Below, piece after piece: positions 33,553-42,369 of a stretch of DNA of 64,000 nucleotides. This DNA is from Betaproteobacteria bacterium (lineage in GTDB: Bacteria > Pseudomonadota > Gammaproteobacteria > Burkholderiales > SG8-41). The first letter of the stretch is position 1; each line of letters opens with the position of its first letter. The stretch covers positions 82,537-146,536 of the forward strand of contig JBQTHU010000061.1 of assembly GCA_052389535.1 (NCBI GenBank), written 5' to 3'. A model generated the notes under the pieces. That model ran no database searches. It saw only the letters and a list, made by a program, of their open reading frames with translations, and was not told the DNA's origin. The position numbers and the translations under genes are program-made.

Positions 33553-34164
33553 ATGGCGCACCACGATTTCAACATGCCGGTGACGGAAGCGCAGGTGAGG
33601 ACGCTGCGCGTCAACGACACGGTGACGCTGAACGGGACGCTCTACGGCATACGCGACGCGACGCAGATCCACATGTTCGACCACGGCCGCAAGACGCGCT
33701 TCGACATGAACGGCCAGGCCGTGATCCATACTGCGCCGAACGTCAGATGGGTGGGAGAAACCAAAGCGACGCCGTGCGGTTATGCGCCCATCTGCATCGG
33801 CACCACGACGAGCGCGCGCATGGAACGCTTCACCCGCCCGCTTATGCGCGATTACGGCGTGCGCGTCGTGATCGGCAAGGGCGGGCTCGCGCAGGGCTCG
33901 CTGGACGCGTTTTCCGAGCTGGGCGGCGTGTATCTCGCGGTCATCGGCGGCGCCGCAGCCCTGGAGACGACGTGGGTCGAGGCGATCGAGGACGTCGACC
34001 TCGACGATCTCAATCCCGAGTCGCTGTGGAAATTCCGGGTGAAGGGCTTCGGGCCGCTGCTCGTATCGATGGACAGCCACGGCGGAAGCTTGTACGCACA
34101 GGTGAATGAAGCGGCGCGCGCAAGGCGCGCCGCTGCGCTGGCGGCGCTCGGCGTGAAAAGCTGA
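33553..34164 (+). CDS. Class I fumarate hydratase/tartrate dehydratase beta subunit-like
   Basis: RDATQ, GTTTSARME, IGKGG, GGAAAL, FGPLLVSMDSHG. Confidence 0.9.
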   Translation: MAHHDFNMPVTEAQVRTLRVNDTVTLNGTLYGIRDATQIHMFDHGRKTRFDMNGQAVIHTAPNVRWVGETKATPCGYAPICIGTTTSARMERFTRPLMRDYGVRVVIGKGGLAQGSLDAFSELGGVYLAVIGGAAALETTWVEAIEDVDLDDLNPESLWKFRVKGFGPLLVSMDSHGGSLYAQVNEAARARRAAALAALGVKS

Positions 34165-34280
34165 TCGTGCCGGTTAAACCCGATTCATGTCGCCGGCGGT
34201 CGAGTTACCAGGCTCTTCATTGATTTTTTTGAAATACGAAATACCAGGATGGTGCAGGGGCTCCGCGTAACGCTCAATCA

Positions 34281-36008
34281 ATGAAAACCTTTCGTACCGA
34301 TATGCTCATCCTCGGCTCGGGCGGCGCGGGGCTCTTTGCCGCCCTGCACGCGCACCAGGCCAATCCCGAGCTTTCCATCACCGTGGCGGTGAAGGGGCTG
34401 TTCGGCAAGTGCGGGTGCACGCGCATGGTGCAGGGCGGCTACAACGTCGCGCTCGCCGAAGGCGACTCGGTGGAGCGCCACTTCATGGACACCATCGAGG
34501 GCGGCAAGTGGCTCCCCGACCAGGACCTCGCGTGGCTGCTGGTCAGCGTTGCGGTGGAGCGGGTGCACGAGCTGGAAAACGAGCTCGGCTGCTTCTTCGA
34601 CCGCAATCCTGACGGCACGATCCACCAGAAGGCGTTTGCCGGGCAGACCTTCGACCGCACCGTGCACAAGGGCGATCTGACCGGCATCGAGATCATCAAC
34701 CGCCTTGCGGAACAGGTGTGGGCGCGCGGCATCCACCGCCTTGAAGAGCATCGCGCCGTGGAACTCATCCGCAACAAGGCGGGCGATGCCATCGCGGGCG
34801 TGCTGATGATCGACATCCGCACCGGCGAGTTCGTGGTCGTGCAGGCGCAGGCCGTGCTGCTGGCCACCGGCGGCGGTCCGACCATGTACAAGTACCATAC
34901 GCCTTCGGGGGACAAGACCTGCGATGGCATGGCGATGGCGCTGCGTGCGGGGCTGCCGCTGCGCGACATGGAAATGGTGCAGTTTCACCCGACCGGGCTG
35001 ATCGCCGGACCGCACACCCGCATCACCGGTACCATCATCGAGGAAGGATTGCGCGGCGCCGGCGGCCATCTCCTGAACGGGGCGGGCGAGCGCTTCATGC
35101 ACCGGTACGACCCGCGCGGGGAGCGGGCGACGCGCGACATCGTGAGCCGCGCGATGTTCGACCAGATGCGCGCCGGCAAAGTCGGCCCGCGCGACGGGCT
35201 CTACATCACCATGCGCCATCTCGATCCGGCCATGGTGCGGACGATGTTCAAGGGCATGGTGGAGCGCTGCGCCGACTGCGGCTTCGACCTGGTGTCCGGG
35301 TTGGTGGACGTGGTGCCTACCGCGCATTACATGATGGGCGGCGTGGTGTTCGGAACGGATTGCAGCACCGACCTGCACGGGCTCTTCGTTGCAGGAGAAG
35401 ATTCGGGCGGCGTGCACGGCGCGAATCGCCTCGGCGGCAACGGCGTGGCGAACTCCACGGTTTTTGGTGGCATCGCCGGCGATGCGATAGCGCCGTGGAT
35501 CCGGGCCAGCGGAAGCCACCAAGAGCCGGACGCGGGCGCGATCGATGCAGCCCTCGCGCGCTGTCGTGCTCCGCTGGGCAAGCCACCCGGCGACCTCAAC
35601 GAAATACGCGAGCGGCTCTACGATCTCATGTGGGACGATGTCGGCATCATTCGCAACGCTGCCGGATTGACCCGGGCCGAAGGTGCGCTCGACGAGCTGG
35701 AAGCGCGTCTCGATGCGACCGGCGTGTCCGGAGAGAGCCTGGCGTTCAATCTGAGCTGGCACGACTGGTTGAACCTCAAGAATCTGATACTGGTTTCCAA
35801 GGCGATACGCTTTGCGGCGATGGCGCGCGAGGATACACGCGGCGCGCACTTCCGCGAAGACCATCCCGACGTCAAGGACCTGGGGAATTCCCGCTATACG
35901 TGCGTGACGCTGCAGGGCACGCGCATGGATCTCAGCATGCGGCCGGTACGTTTCACTCGGGTGAGGCCCGGTGAAACGTTGTTGAAGGAACCCGCTGTCA
36001 CCGCCTAG
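34281..36008 (+). CDS. SdhA/FrdA/NadB-family flavoprotein (paralogue)
   Basis: GSGGAG, LATGG, QFHPTG, ERATRD, AHYMMGG, HGANRLGGNG, DTRGAHFREDHP. Confidence 0.93.
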   Translation: MKTFRTDMLILGSGGAGLFAALHAHQANPELSITVAVKGLFGKCGCTRMVQGGYNVALAEGDSVERHFMDTIEGGKWLPDQDLAWLLVSVAVERVHELENELGCFFDRNPDGTIHQKAFAGQTFDRTVHKGDLTGIEIINRLAEQVWARGIHRLEEHRAVELIRNKAGDAIAGVLMIDIRTGEFVVVQAQAVLLATGGGPTMYKYHTPSGDKTCDGMAMALRAGLPLRDMEMVQFHPTGLIAGPHTRITGTIIEEGLRGAGGHLLNGAGERFMHRYDPRGERATRDIVSRAMFDQMRAGKVGPRDGLYITMRHLDPAMVRTMFKGMVERCADCGFDLVSGLVDVVPTAHYMMGGVVFGTDCSTDLHGLFVAGEDSGGVHGANRLGGNGVANSTVFGGIAGDAIAPWIRASGSHQEPDAGAIDAALARCRAPLGKPPGDLNEIRERLYDLMWDDVGIIRNAAGLTRAEGALDELEARLDATGVSGESLAFNLSWHDWLNLKNLILVSKAIRFAAMAREDTRGAHFREDHPDVKDLGNSRYTCVTLQGTRMDLSMRPVRFTRVRPGETLLKEPAVTA

Positions 36009-36135
36009 ATCCTGCAATCGCGGCGTTGCGTTGAGCTCAATATCGACAGGGAGGCGGCTCATGCGAAACCACATGACGGCGGCAAGGGAAGGCGCGGGGC
36101 AGTCGGGCACGCGGCTCGGTTAGCGGATACCAGCC

Positions 36136-37134
36136 GTGCCCCAGCTTTCCATAGCGGAGCTTGACCGGCTCGTCGCCCGCGCACTCGTAAACGCCGGCGC
36201 ATCGACCGCCATGGCGCAGACTACCGCGACGGCACTGGTCGCGGCCGAGGCGGAAGGACTGAGCGGCCATGGCCTGTCGCGTGTGGCCCTCTACTGCCAG
36301 CACCTGAAGGAAGGACGCGCCCGTGGCGCGGCGAAGCCGAAACTCGTGTGCGAGAAAGGCGGCGCGTGCCTGATCGACGCGGGGGGCGGGCTCGCCTTCG
36401 AAGCGGCCGCGCTGGCGGCGCGGGAGGCGATTGCGCGCGCGAGGGTGCACGGCATCGCGTTCGCCGGCGTGCGCAACAGCCATCATTTCGGCGCGGCGGC
36501 CTACCATCTCGCGCCCGTGGCGAACGCCGGCCTCGTCGGACTGGCGTTCACCAATTCGCCCGCCGCGATCAACGCCTGGGGCGGCAAGCGGCCGTTCTTC
36601 GGCACCAATCCCATCGCTGCCGTGTTTCCGCGTCGCGAGAAGACGCCTGTCGTCATCGACCTGTCTCTCACCGAGGTCGTGCGCGGAAAGATCATGCTCT
36701 ATGCCAAGGAGGGGAAACCGATCCCGCTCGGCTGGGCGCTTGATCGCAACGGTCAGCCGACGACCGATCCGCAGGCCGCGCTCACGGGCAGCCTCGCCGC
36801 GATCGGCGGCGTGAAGGGCACGATGCTGGCGTTGATGGTCGAGCTGCTGTGCGTCGCCCTGACCGGCGCGGCATTCAGTTTCGAGAACGATTCGTACTTC
36901 GAGCCGGGCGGAAAACCGGACATCGGCCATGCCCTCGTCGCGATCGATCCCGCTGCGCTGGCCGGCGCGGATACCTATTACACGAGGCTCGAAGCGCTCG
37001 TCGACAGCTTGCTGCGGGACGATGGCGTCCGCCTTCCCGGCGCGCGGCGCGAGCTGGCCGCGGCGAAGGCGCGAGCCGCAGGCATTGCGCTTTCCGACGC
37101 GCTGCATCGCGAACTCCTCGAGCTTGCACGGTGA
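36136..37134 (+). CDS. Ldh_2 family dehydrogenase, ComC-like (2R)-sulfolactate dehydrogenase candidate
   Basis: GLSGHGL, NSHHFG, GTNPIA, KGTMLALMVE, RLPG; co-clustered with suyAB. Confidence 0.82.
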   Translation: MPQLSIAELDRLVARALVNAGASTAMAQTTATALVAAEAEGLSGHGLSRVALYCQHLKEGRARGAAKPKLVCEKGGACLIDAGGGLAFEAAALAAREAIARARVHGIAFAGVRNSHHFGAAAYHLAPVANAGLVGLAFTNSPAAINAWGGKRPFFGTNPIAAVFPRREKTPVVIDLSLTEVVRGKIMLYAKEGKPIPLGWALDRNGQPTTDPQAALTGSLAAIGGVKGTMLALMVELLCVALTGAAFSFENDSYFEPGGKPDIGHALVAIDPAALAGADTYYTRLEALVDSLLRDDGVRLPGARRELAAAKARAAGIALSDALHRELLELAR

Positions 37135-38062
37135 GCCGCTGCTGAAGCCTCGGGCGCACCACCCTTATGCGCTCGCCGTACACGGGGGCGCCGGCACGCT
37201 CCGCCGCAAGGATATGAATGAGACGCGCGATCGCGCTTATCGCGCAGGCCTGACCGTCGCTTTACGCGCGGGCTACGCAGTACTCGAAGCCGGCGGAAGC
37301 AGCGTGGATGCAGTCGTGGCCGCGGTAGTGGAGCTGGAGAACTCGCCGTTGTTCAATGCCGGACGCGGTGCGGTGCTGAACAGCGACGGCGAGCACGAGT
37401 TGGACGCGGCGGTCATGGACGGCGCAACGGGCGCCGCCGGCGGCGTCGCGGCGGCGAAGCGGATCAGAAACCCCGTGTTTGCGGCGCGCGCGGTCATGGA
37501 ACGCACGCCGCACGTGTTGCTCGCAGGCCCGGCCGCAGATCGCTACGCGCGCGAGGCCGGAATCCCCCTCGCGTCGCCGGATTACTTCCGCACGCCGGAG
37601 CGTGCAAGAGCGCTCGAACGTGCGCGTGCGCGCGGCGCGACGAGCGCCGCCGAGCGGCATGGCACCGTCGGGGCGGTCGCGCTCGACCGCTACGGCAACC
37701 TTGCTGCCGCCACTTCCACCGGGGGCTACACCAACAAGCTGCCCGGCAGGGTAGGCGATTCGCCGCTCGTCGGCGCCGGACTCTACGCCGAGAACGCGAC
37801 CTGCGCGGTCTCGTGCACCGGCCTCGGCGAAGCGTTCATGCGCGCGGTGGCTGCGCATGACGTTGCGGCGCGCATGCGCTATCGCGGCGATACGGTTACG
37901 ATGGCGGCCCGGCGCGTCCTCGACCGCATTGTGGCGCTCGGCGGAGCGGGCGGGCTGATCGCCGTCGACCGCATGGGCCGCATTGCGATGCCGTTCGTGA
38001 GCGAGGGCATGTACCGGGGCATGGCCCGGAACGGGCGTTACTTGACTGCGATCTATCGCTGA
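37124..38062 (+). CDS. Isoaspartyl peptidase/L-asparaginase (Ntn hydrolase); start uncertain
   Basis: HGGAG, FNAGRG, GTVGAVA (Thr nucleophile), TSTGG, GRVGDSP. Confidence 0.92.
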   Translation: MHGEPLLKPRAHHPYALAVHGGAGTLRRKDMNETRDRAYRAGLTVALRAGYAVLEAGGSSVDAVVAAVVELENSPLFNAGRGAVLNSDGEHELDAAVMDGATGAAGGVAAAKRIRNPVFAARAVMERTPHVLLAGPAADRYAREAGIPLASPDYFRTPERARALERARARGATSAAERHGTVGAVALDRYGNLAAATSTGGYTNKLPGRVGDSPLVGAGLYAENATCAVSCTGLGEAFMRAVAAHDVAARMRYRGDTVTMAARRVLDRIVALGGAGGLIAVDRMGRIAMPFVSEGMYRGMARNGRYLTAIYR

Positions 38063-38241
38063 GCGGTTGAGGGCACGCCGTCCATATAGTGACACGCCGT
38101 TCTTCCCTCGCAACGGCGATACCGTTATATTGCGGCATCGGTTCATCCGCAGCGGCGCGACCGGCATCGCACAGTCCGGAAGAGCGCCCTTTCGCACGCC
38201 GTGAACCCACGGTAAAACGTCAACCCGGGACGACGCCTGAC

Positions 38242-39471
38242 ATGTACAACCTGCACCTCACCGCGGAGCAGCTCGAGTTCCGCGACACCGTTCGCGACTT
38301 CGTCGAGCGGGAAATCAAGCCGGCCGCGCTGCATCCGGACCGCCTGCAGCCCTTCGACAAGCCGCTGCTGAAAGACCTGCTCGACAAGGCTTCGCAGATG
38401 GGGTTGCGGACTCTGGCGCTGCCGGAAGAAGCGGGCGGTGCGGGCGCCGATACCCTCACCACCTGCATCGTGCTCGAGGAACTGGCGGCGGGCGACGTCG
38501 ATATCGCGGCGGCGCTGGGACAGACAGCGGTTCTCGCGCGCGAGATTTTCGGTGCCGCCGCGAAACTGCCGGGGCTCGAGCAGTTGCTGGCCGACTTCGC
38601 CGGGGACGATGCGTACCATCTCGCGTTCGCCGGTGCCTCGCCCGACTCGGTGGGCTGGTCCTATCATCGCCCGCTCGGTGGAGCCGAACCCGCGGGCCTG
38701 AAAGCGATGAGGCAGGGCGAGGACTGGACGATCGATGGTTCGCTCGCGTACGTGGCGAACGCGCCGATCGCGAGAATGTTCATCGTCGAGGCTCGCACGC
38801 CGCAAGGGATGAACACCTTTCTGGTCCGCCGTGACGCGCCCGGACTTACGGTGCATGACGTGATACGCGCAATCGGCAGTCCGGCGGCGGGGGGAGAGCC
38901 GGGCATCCGCTGGCACCATGGTCCCGGCGCGGTTGTGACCTTCAAAGGGTGCAAGGTGCCGGCCGCACAGATGATCCCGGTGCAAGGGCGGACGGGTGTG
39001 TCGCGCCCGCACGCCGATCCGGCGTTCGCCGCCATCAACCTCGGCGTGGGACGCGCCGCCTACGACGCGGCGGTGGAGTACGCGAAGATCCGCCGTCAGG
39101 GCGGGCGCAACATCATCGAACATCAGGCGATCGGCGGCAAGCTCACGGAGTGCGCGATGAAGCTCGAACTTGCGCGCACCATGATCTGGAAAGCGGCGTG
39201 GACCGCGGATCATCCCGAAGCGGTGGCCGACCGCAGCGTGTCCCCGCTCCCGCTGCATGTCATTGCGCGCGCCTACACCGCCGAGGCGATGCACGATGTC
39301 GCGTTGTATGCCGCGGAGTGCTTCGGCGCCATGGGGGTGATGCGCGACATGCCGCTGCAGAAATACGTGCACGACACCATGGTGTTCCTCCATTCCGAGG
39401 ATACCGACACGGCGTCGAAGCTGGAGATCGCGGAAGCGCTCGCGGGATATCGGCGCCCGCTGGCCGCGTAA
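38242..39471 (+). CDS. Divergent acyl-CoA dehydrogenase family protein
   Basis: EQLEFRDTVRDF, LPEEAGGAG, YAKIRRQGG, HQAI, FGAMG; lacks TEPxAGSD and the C-terminal EG motif. Confidence 0.85.
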   Translation: MYNLHLTAEQLEFRDTVRDFVEREIKPAALHPDRLQPFDKPLLKDLLDKASQMGLRTLALPEEAGGAGADTLTTCIVLEELAAGDVDIAAALGQTAVLAREIFGAAAKLPGLEQLLADFAGDDAYHLAFAGASPDSVGWSYHRPLGGAEPAGLKAMRQGEDWTIDGSLAYVANAPIARMFIVEARTPQGMNTFLVRRDAPGLTVHDVIRAIGSPAAGGEPGIRWHHGPGAVVTFKGCKVPAAQMIPVQGRTGVSRPHADPAFAAINLGVGRAAYDAAVEYAKIRRQGGRNIIEHQAIGGKLTECAMKLELARTMIWKAAWTADHPEAVADRSVSPLPLHVIARAYTAEAMHDVALYAAECFGAMGVMRDMPLQKYVHDTMVFLHSEDTDTASKLEIAEALAGYRRPLAA

Positions 39472-39490
39472 GGTTACGACAGGAGCAGGC

Positions 39491-40717
39491 ATGGATTTCT
39501 CATTGAATGAAGAGCAGCGCGGCTGGCAGATGGAGGCGCGCAAGTTCGCGCAGGACGAGATACGCCCGCTGTCGCTCGAGCGCGATCAGATCGAGGGCGG
39601 TTTCGAGCCATGGGACTGGGACATCATCGAAAAAGGGTCGAAGCTCGGTTTTCGCACGCTCGCGGTGCCCAAGGAATGGGGCGGCCCGGGTGCGGACTTC
39701 GTATCCCAGGCGCTGGTGATGGCGGAACTCGCGAAGGGCGACAGCGCGATTTCGAAGGCGTTCAGCCAGAACTGGAAATGGAGCCATCTCATCGCCTCGG
39801 CCTGCACGCAGGACCAGAAGGAACGTTTCCTCAAGCCTTTTCTTGCCGACCACCGCTACGTCATGGGCCGCGGCATCACCGAGCCCAACGCGGGCTCCGA
39901 CAATCGCATGCCGCCCGAGGACGATCCCAGGGCCGGCTACCGCGTGCGCGCCGTGCGCCACGGCGACGAGTGGGTCCTGAATGGCGAGAAGTGCTTCATC
40001 GCGAACGGCAGCGTCGGCTCGCTGTTCTTCGTCGATGCACGTACCAATCCCGATGTCAGCATCAAGGAGGGCGGGACGCTGTTCATGGTGCCCAAGGGCA
40101 CGCCCGGGTTCCGCGTCGGCAAGATCTTCAACAAGCGCGGCTGGCGGTTCTACCAGAACGCGGAGCTGATTTTCGAGAACGCGCGCGTACCGCACGCCAA
40201 CGTCGTCGGCCAGGTCGGTACCGGCTCGGTGAAGGCGGGACGCGGCGACACCACGGGCGGCGATCTCTTCGGCGACCTGGAACTCGCGGCGAACGCGCTG
40301 GGAGTGTGCGATGACGCGGTCGAACTGGCGATGCACTTCGCGCGCTCCCACAAGCGCGCCGGCAGGTATCTCATGGAGCATCAGTTGATCCAGCTCAAGA
40401 TCAACGAAATGCACATGCTGACCGAGGCGCTGCGCTCCTACGTGATGCGCGTGGCGTGGCTCCATGACCGCAAGGAGCATTCCGCGAACGCCGGGCTGGT
40501 GATGAATTACTCGACCGACGTCATCCAGCGCGTCACGCGCCTCAACATGGAGATCCACGGCGCGGAAGGCTGCATGATGAGCGCGCGCGTGGACAAGCTC
40601 GTGCGCGACGCGATGGTCTGGACGCATCTCGCCGGCGATACCGTGCAGCGCGTGAAAGTCCTGAAGCGACTGGGCAAGGGCGGTCCCGCCGCAGCGGGCA
40701 CGGGCTCGAGCGACTGA
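39491..40717 (+). CDS. Acyl-CoA dehydrogenase family protein
   Basis: ITEPNAGSD, LNGEKCFIANG, IHGAEG. Confidence 0.9.
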   Translation: MDFSLNEEQRGWQMEARKFAQDEIRPLSLERDQIEGGFEPWDWDIIEKGSKLGFRTLAVPKEWGGPGADFVSQALVMAELAKGDSAISKAFSQNWKWSHLIASACTQDQKERFLKPFLADHRYVMGRGITEPNAGSDNRMPPEDDPRAGYRVRAVRHGDEWVLNGEKCFIANGSVGSLFFVDARTNPDVSIKEGGTLFMVPKGTPGFRVGKIFNKRGWRFYQNAELIFENARVPHANVVGQVGTGSVKAGRGDTTGGDLFGDLELAANALGVCDDAVELAMHFARSHKRAGRYLMEHQLIQLKINEMHMLTEALRSYVMRVAWLHDRKEHSANAGLVMNYSTDVIQRVTRLNMEIHGAEGCMMSARVDKLVRDAMVWTHLAGDTVQRVKVLKRLGKGGPAAAGTGSSD

Positions 40718-40917
40718 TACGCAGGCGCCGGCGCACGGCGCTTCGCATCGCGCGGCTGTAGCGAGCGCGCTACAGCGCGTCGTTCTCACTCCACACATTT
40801 TCCGTGATCTGCTGCCTTGGCGCGCAGCAGCGCGTCCTATATCGTGTCGGTGGTTTTTTGCCATCACCTCACGCCGATGAGCCGCGCATCGGCGTCCCGA
40901 CCCGAGTGTAATCAGCG

Positions 40918-42366
40918 ATGGATCGAATCCTCAAAGTCCTTCTGCTCGAGGACGCCGCCACAGACGCGGAACTCGAAACGCGGATGCTCCGGCGAGCGGG
41001 CATCCGCTGCGTGAGCCGCGTCGTGTCCAGCGAGCGCGCCCTGCTGAACGAGCTGGAGCGCTTCGAACCGGACGTGGTGCTGTCAGATTTTTCCCTACCC
41101 GGATTCGACGGCATGTCCGCGCTCAGGCTGGTGCGAGACAGAAGGCCGGATCTGCCATACATCTTCGTCTCGGGAACCATCGGTGAGGAGCGCGCGATCG
41201 ATGCGCTGCGGGAAGGCGCGACCGATTACGTTCTGAAAAGCAATCTGGCGCGGCTGCCGCCGGCCGTGACGCGGGCGGTGCGCGAGGCCGAGGCGGCGCG
41301 GCGGCGCGCGCTGCACGATCGCAAGATCGCGCGACTGAACCGCGTGCGCGCGGTGCAAAGCGGCATCAGCGCGTGCATCGTCCGCACCCGAGACCGCAGG
41401 CAGCTATTTCAGGAAATATGCAACGTTGTCGTGGAGGTCGGCGCATTCCGGATGTCATGGATCGGCCTTTGTGTCGCGGATACGCCGAGTGTGATACCGG
41501 TTGCGTGGAGCGGCGACGGCAGCGCGAACATCGAGGAGTTCATGCGGCGCCCTGCAGATGTGCTCGGCGAGCACAGCGTGATCGGCAGGGTGGTCCGGTC
41601 GGGAAAAGAGATCGTGGTGAACGACATCGACGGCGAGCCGCGCGTCGGCCGGCAGGAACGGATGCTGCAGCACGGTTGCGGCGCGATGATCGCCCTGCCG
41701 CTTGCCTCGACGGACGGCGTGACGGGCTTCTGGGTGATCTACGACGCCGAGCGTGGGTTTTTCGGCGGCGAGGAGACGCGGCTCCTCGCTGACGTGGCGG
41801 CCGACGTGTCCTATGCGCTCGAGTACATCGCGAAACAGGAAAGGCTGAACGAGCTGGCGTACTACGACGTGCTGACCGGTCTCTCCAACCGCAACCTGAT
41901 GCACGAGCACCTGCGGCAGGCGCTCGCGCACGCCGCCCGCAACGAGCGCATGGTGGGCATGGTCTTCATCGACCTCGACCGCTTCAAGTGGGTGAACGAC
42001 ACGTTCGGCCACAGCGGCGGCGACCGGCTGCTGAAGGAAATCGCGACACGCATCGCCTCCTGCACCCGCGAGGGCGACATCGTGTCGCGCCACGGCGGCG
42101 ACGAGTTCATCATGGTCCTGCCCGACCTCCCGAGCCGGGAGTCGGCCACGCCGGTCCTGCAGCGGGTCCTAGAGTCGATATCCGAGCCGGTGGCGATCGA
42201 CGGCTACGAGGTGTGTGTGAGCTGCAGCATCGGCGCCGCTTTCTTCCCGGACGACGGCAGGGACGCCGAAGCGCTGCTCAGAAACGCCGATGCGGCGATG
42301 TACAAGGCGAAGGAGCGCGGCCCCGGCAAGCTGCGCTACTACGGGCACGAAGCCGACGTCGTCTAG
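40918..42366 (+). CDS. REC-GAF-GGDEF diguanylate cyclase response regulator
   Basis: LLED...LSDF...K receiver, GAF region, DLDRFKWVND, REGD I-site, GGDEF. Confidence 0.93.
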   Translation: MDRILKVLLLEDAATDAELETRMLRRAGIRCVSRVVSSERALLNELERFEPDVVLSDFSLPGFDGMSALRLVRDRRPDLPYIFVSGTIGEERAIDALREGATDYVLKSNLARLPPAVTRAVREAEAARRRALHDRKIARLNRVRAVQSGISACIVRTRDRRQLFQEICNVVVEVGAFRMSWIGLCVADTPSVIPVAWSGDGSANIEEFMRRPADVLGEHSVIGRVVRSGKEIVVNDIDGEPRVGRQERMLQHGCGAMIALPLASTDGVTGFWVIYDAERGFFGGEETRLLADVAADVSYALEYIAKQERLNELAYYDVLTGLSNRNLMHEHLRQALAHAARNERMVGMVFIDLDRFKWVNDTFGHSGGDRLLKEIATRIASCTREGDIVSRHGGDEFIMVLPDLPSRESATPVLQRVLESISEPVAIDGYEVCVSCSIGAAFFPDDGRDAEALLRNADAAMYKAKERGPGKLRYYGHEADVV

Positions 42367-42369
42367 GCG

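Noticed and set aside
34165..34280. AT-rich spacer before the sdhA-like gene as a mobile remnant or sRNA
   Set aside because: No terminal repeats or convincing structure; may just be an internal promoter region
27634..36008. Housekeeping sdhCDAB, nadB or fumarase
   Set aside because: Scrambled order, no TCA or nadA/nadC neighbours, altered SdhA motifs and embedding among sulfonate genes
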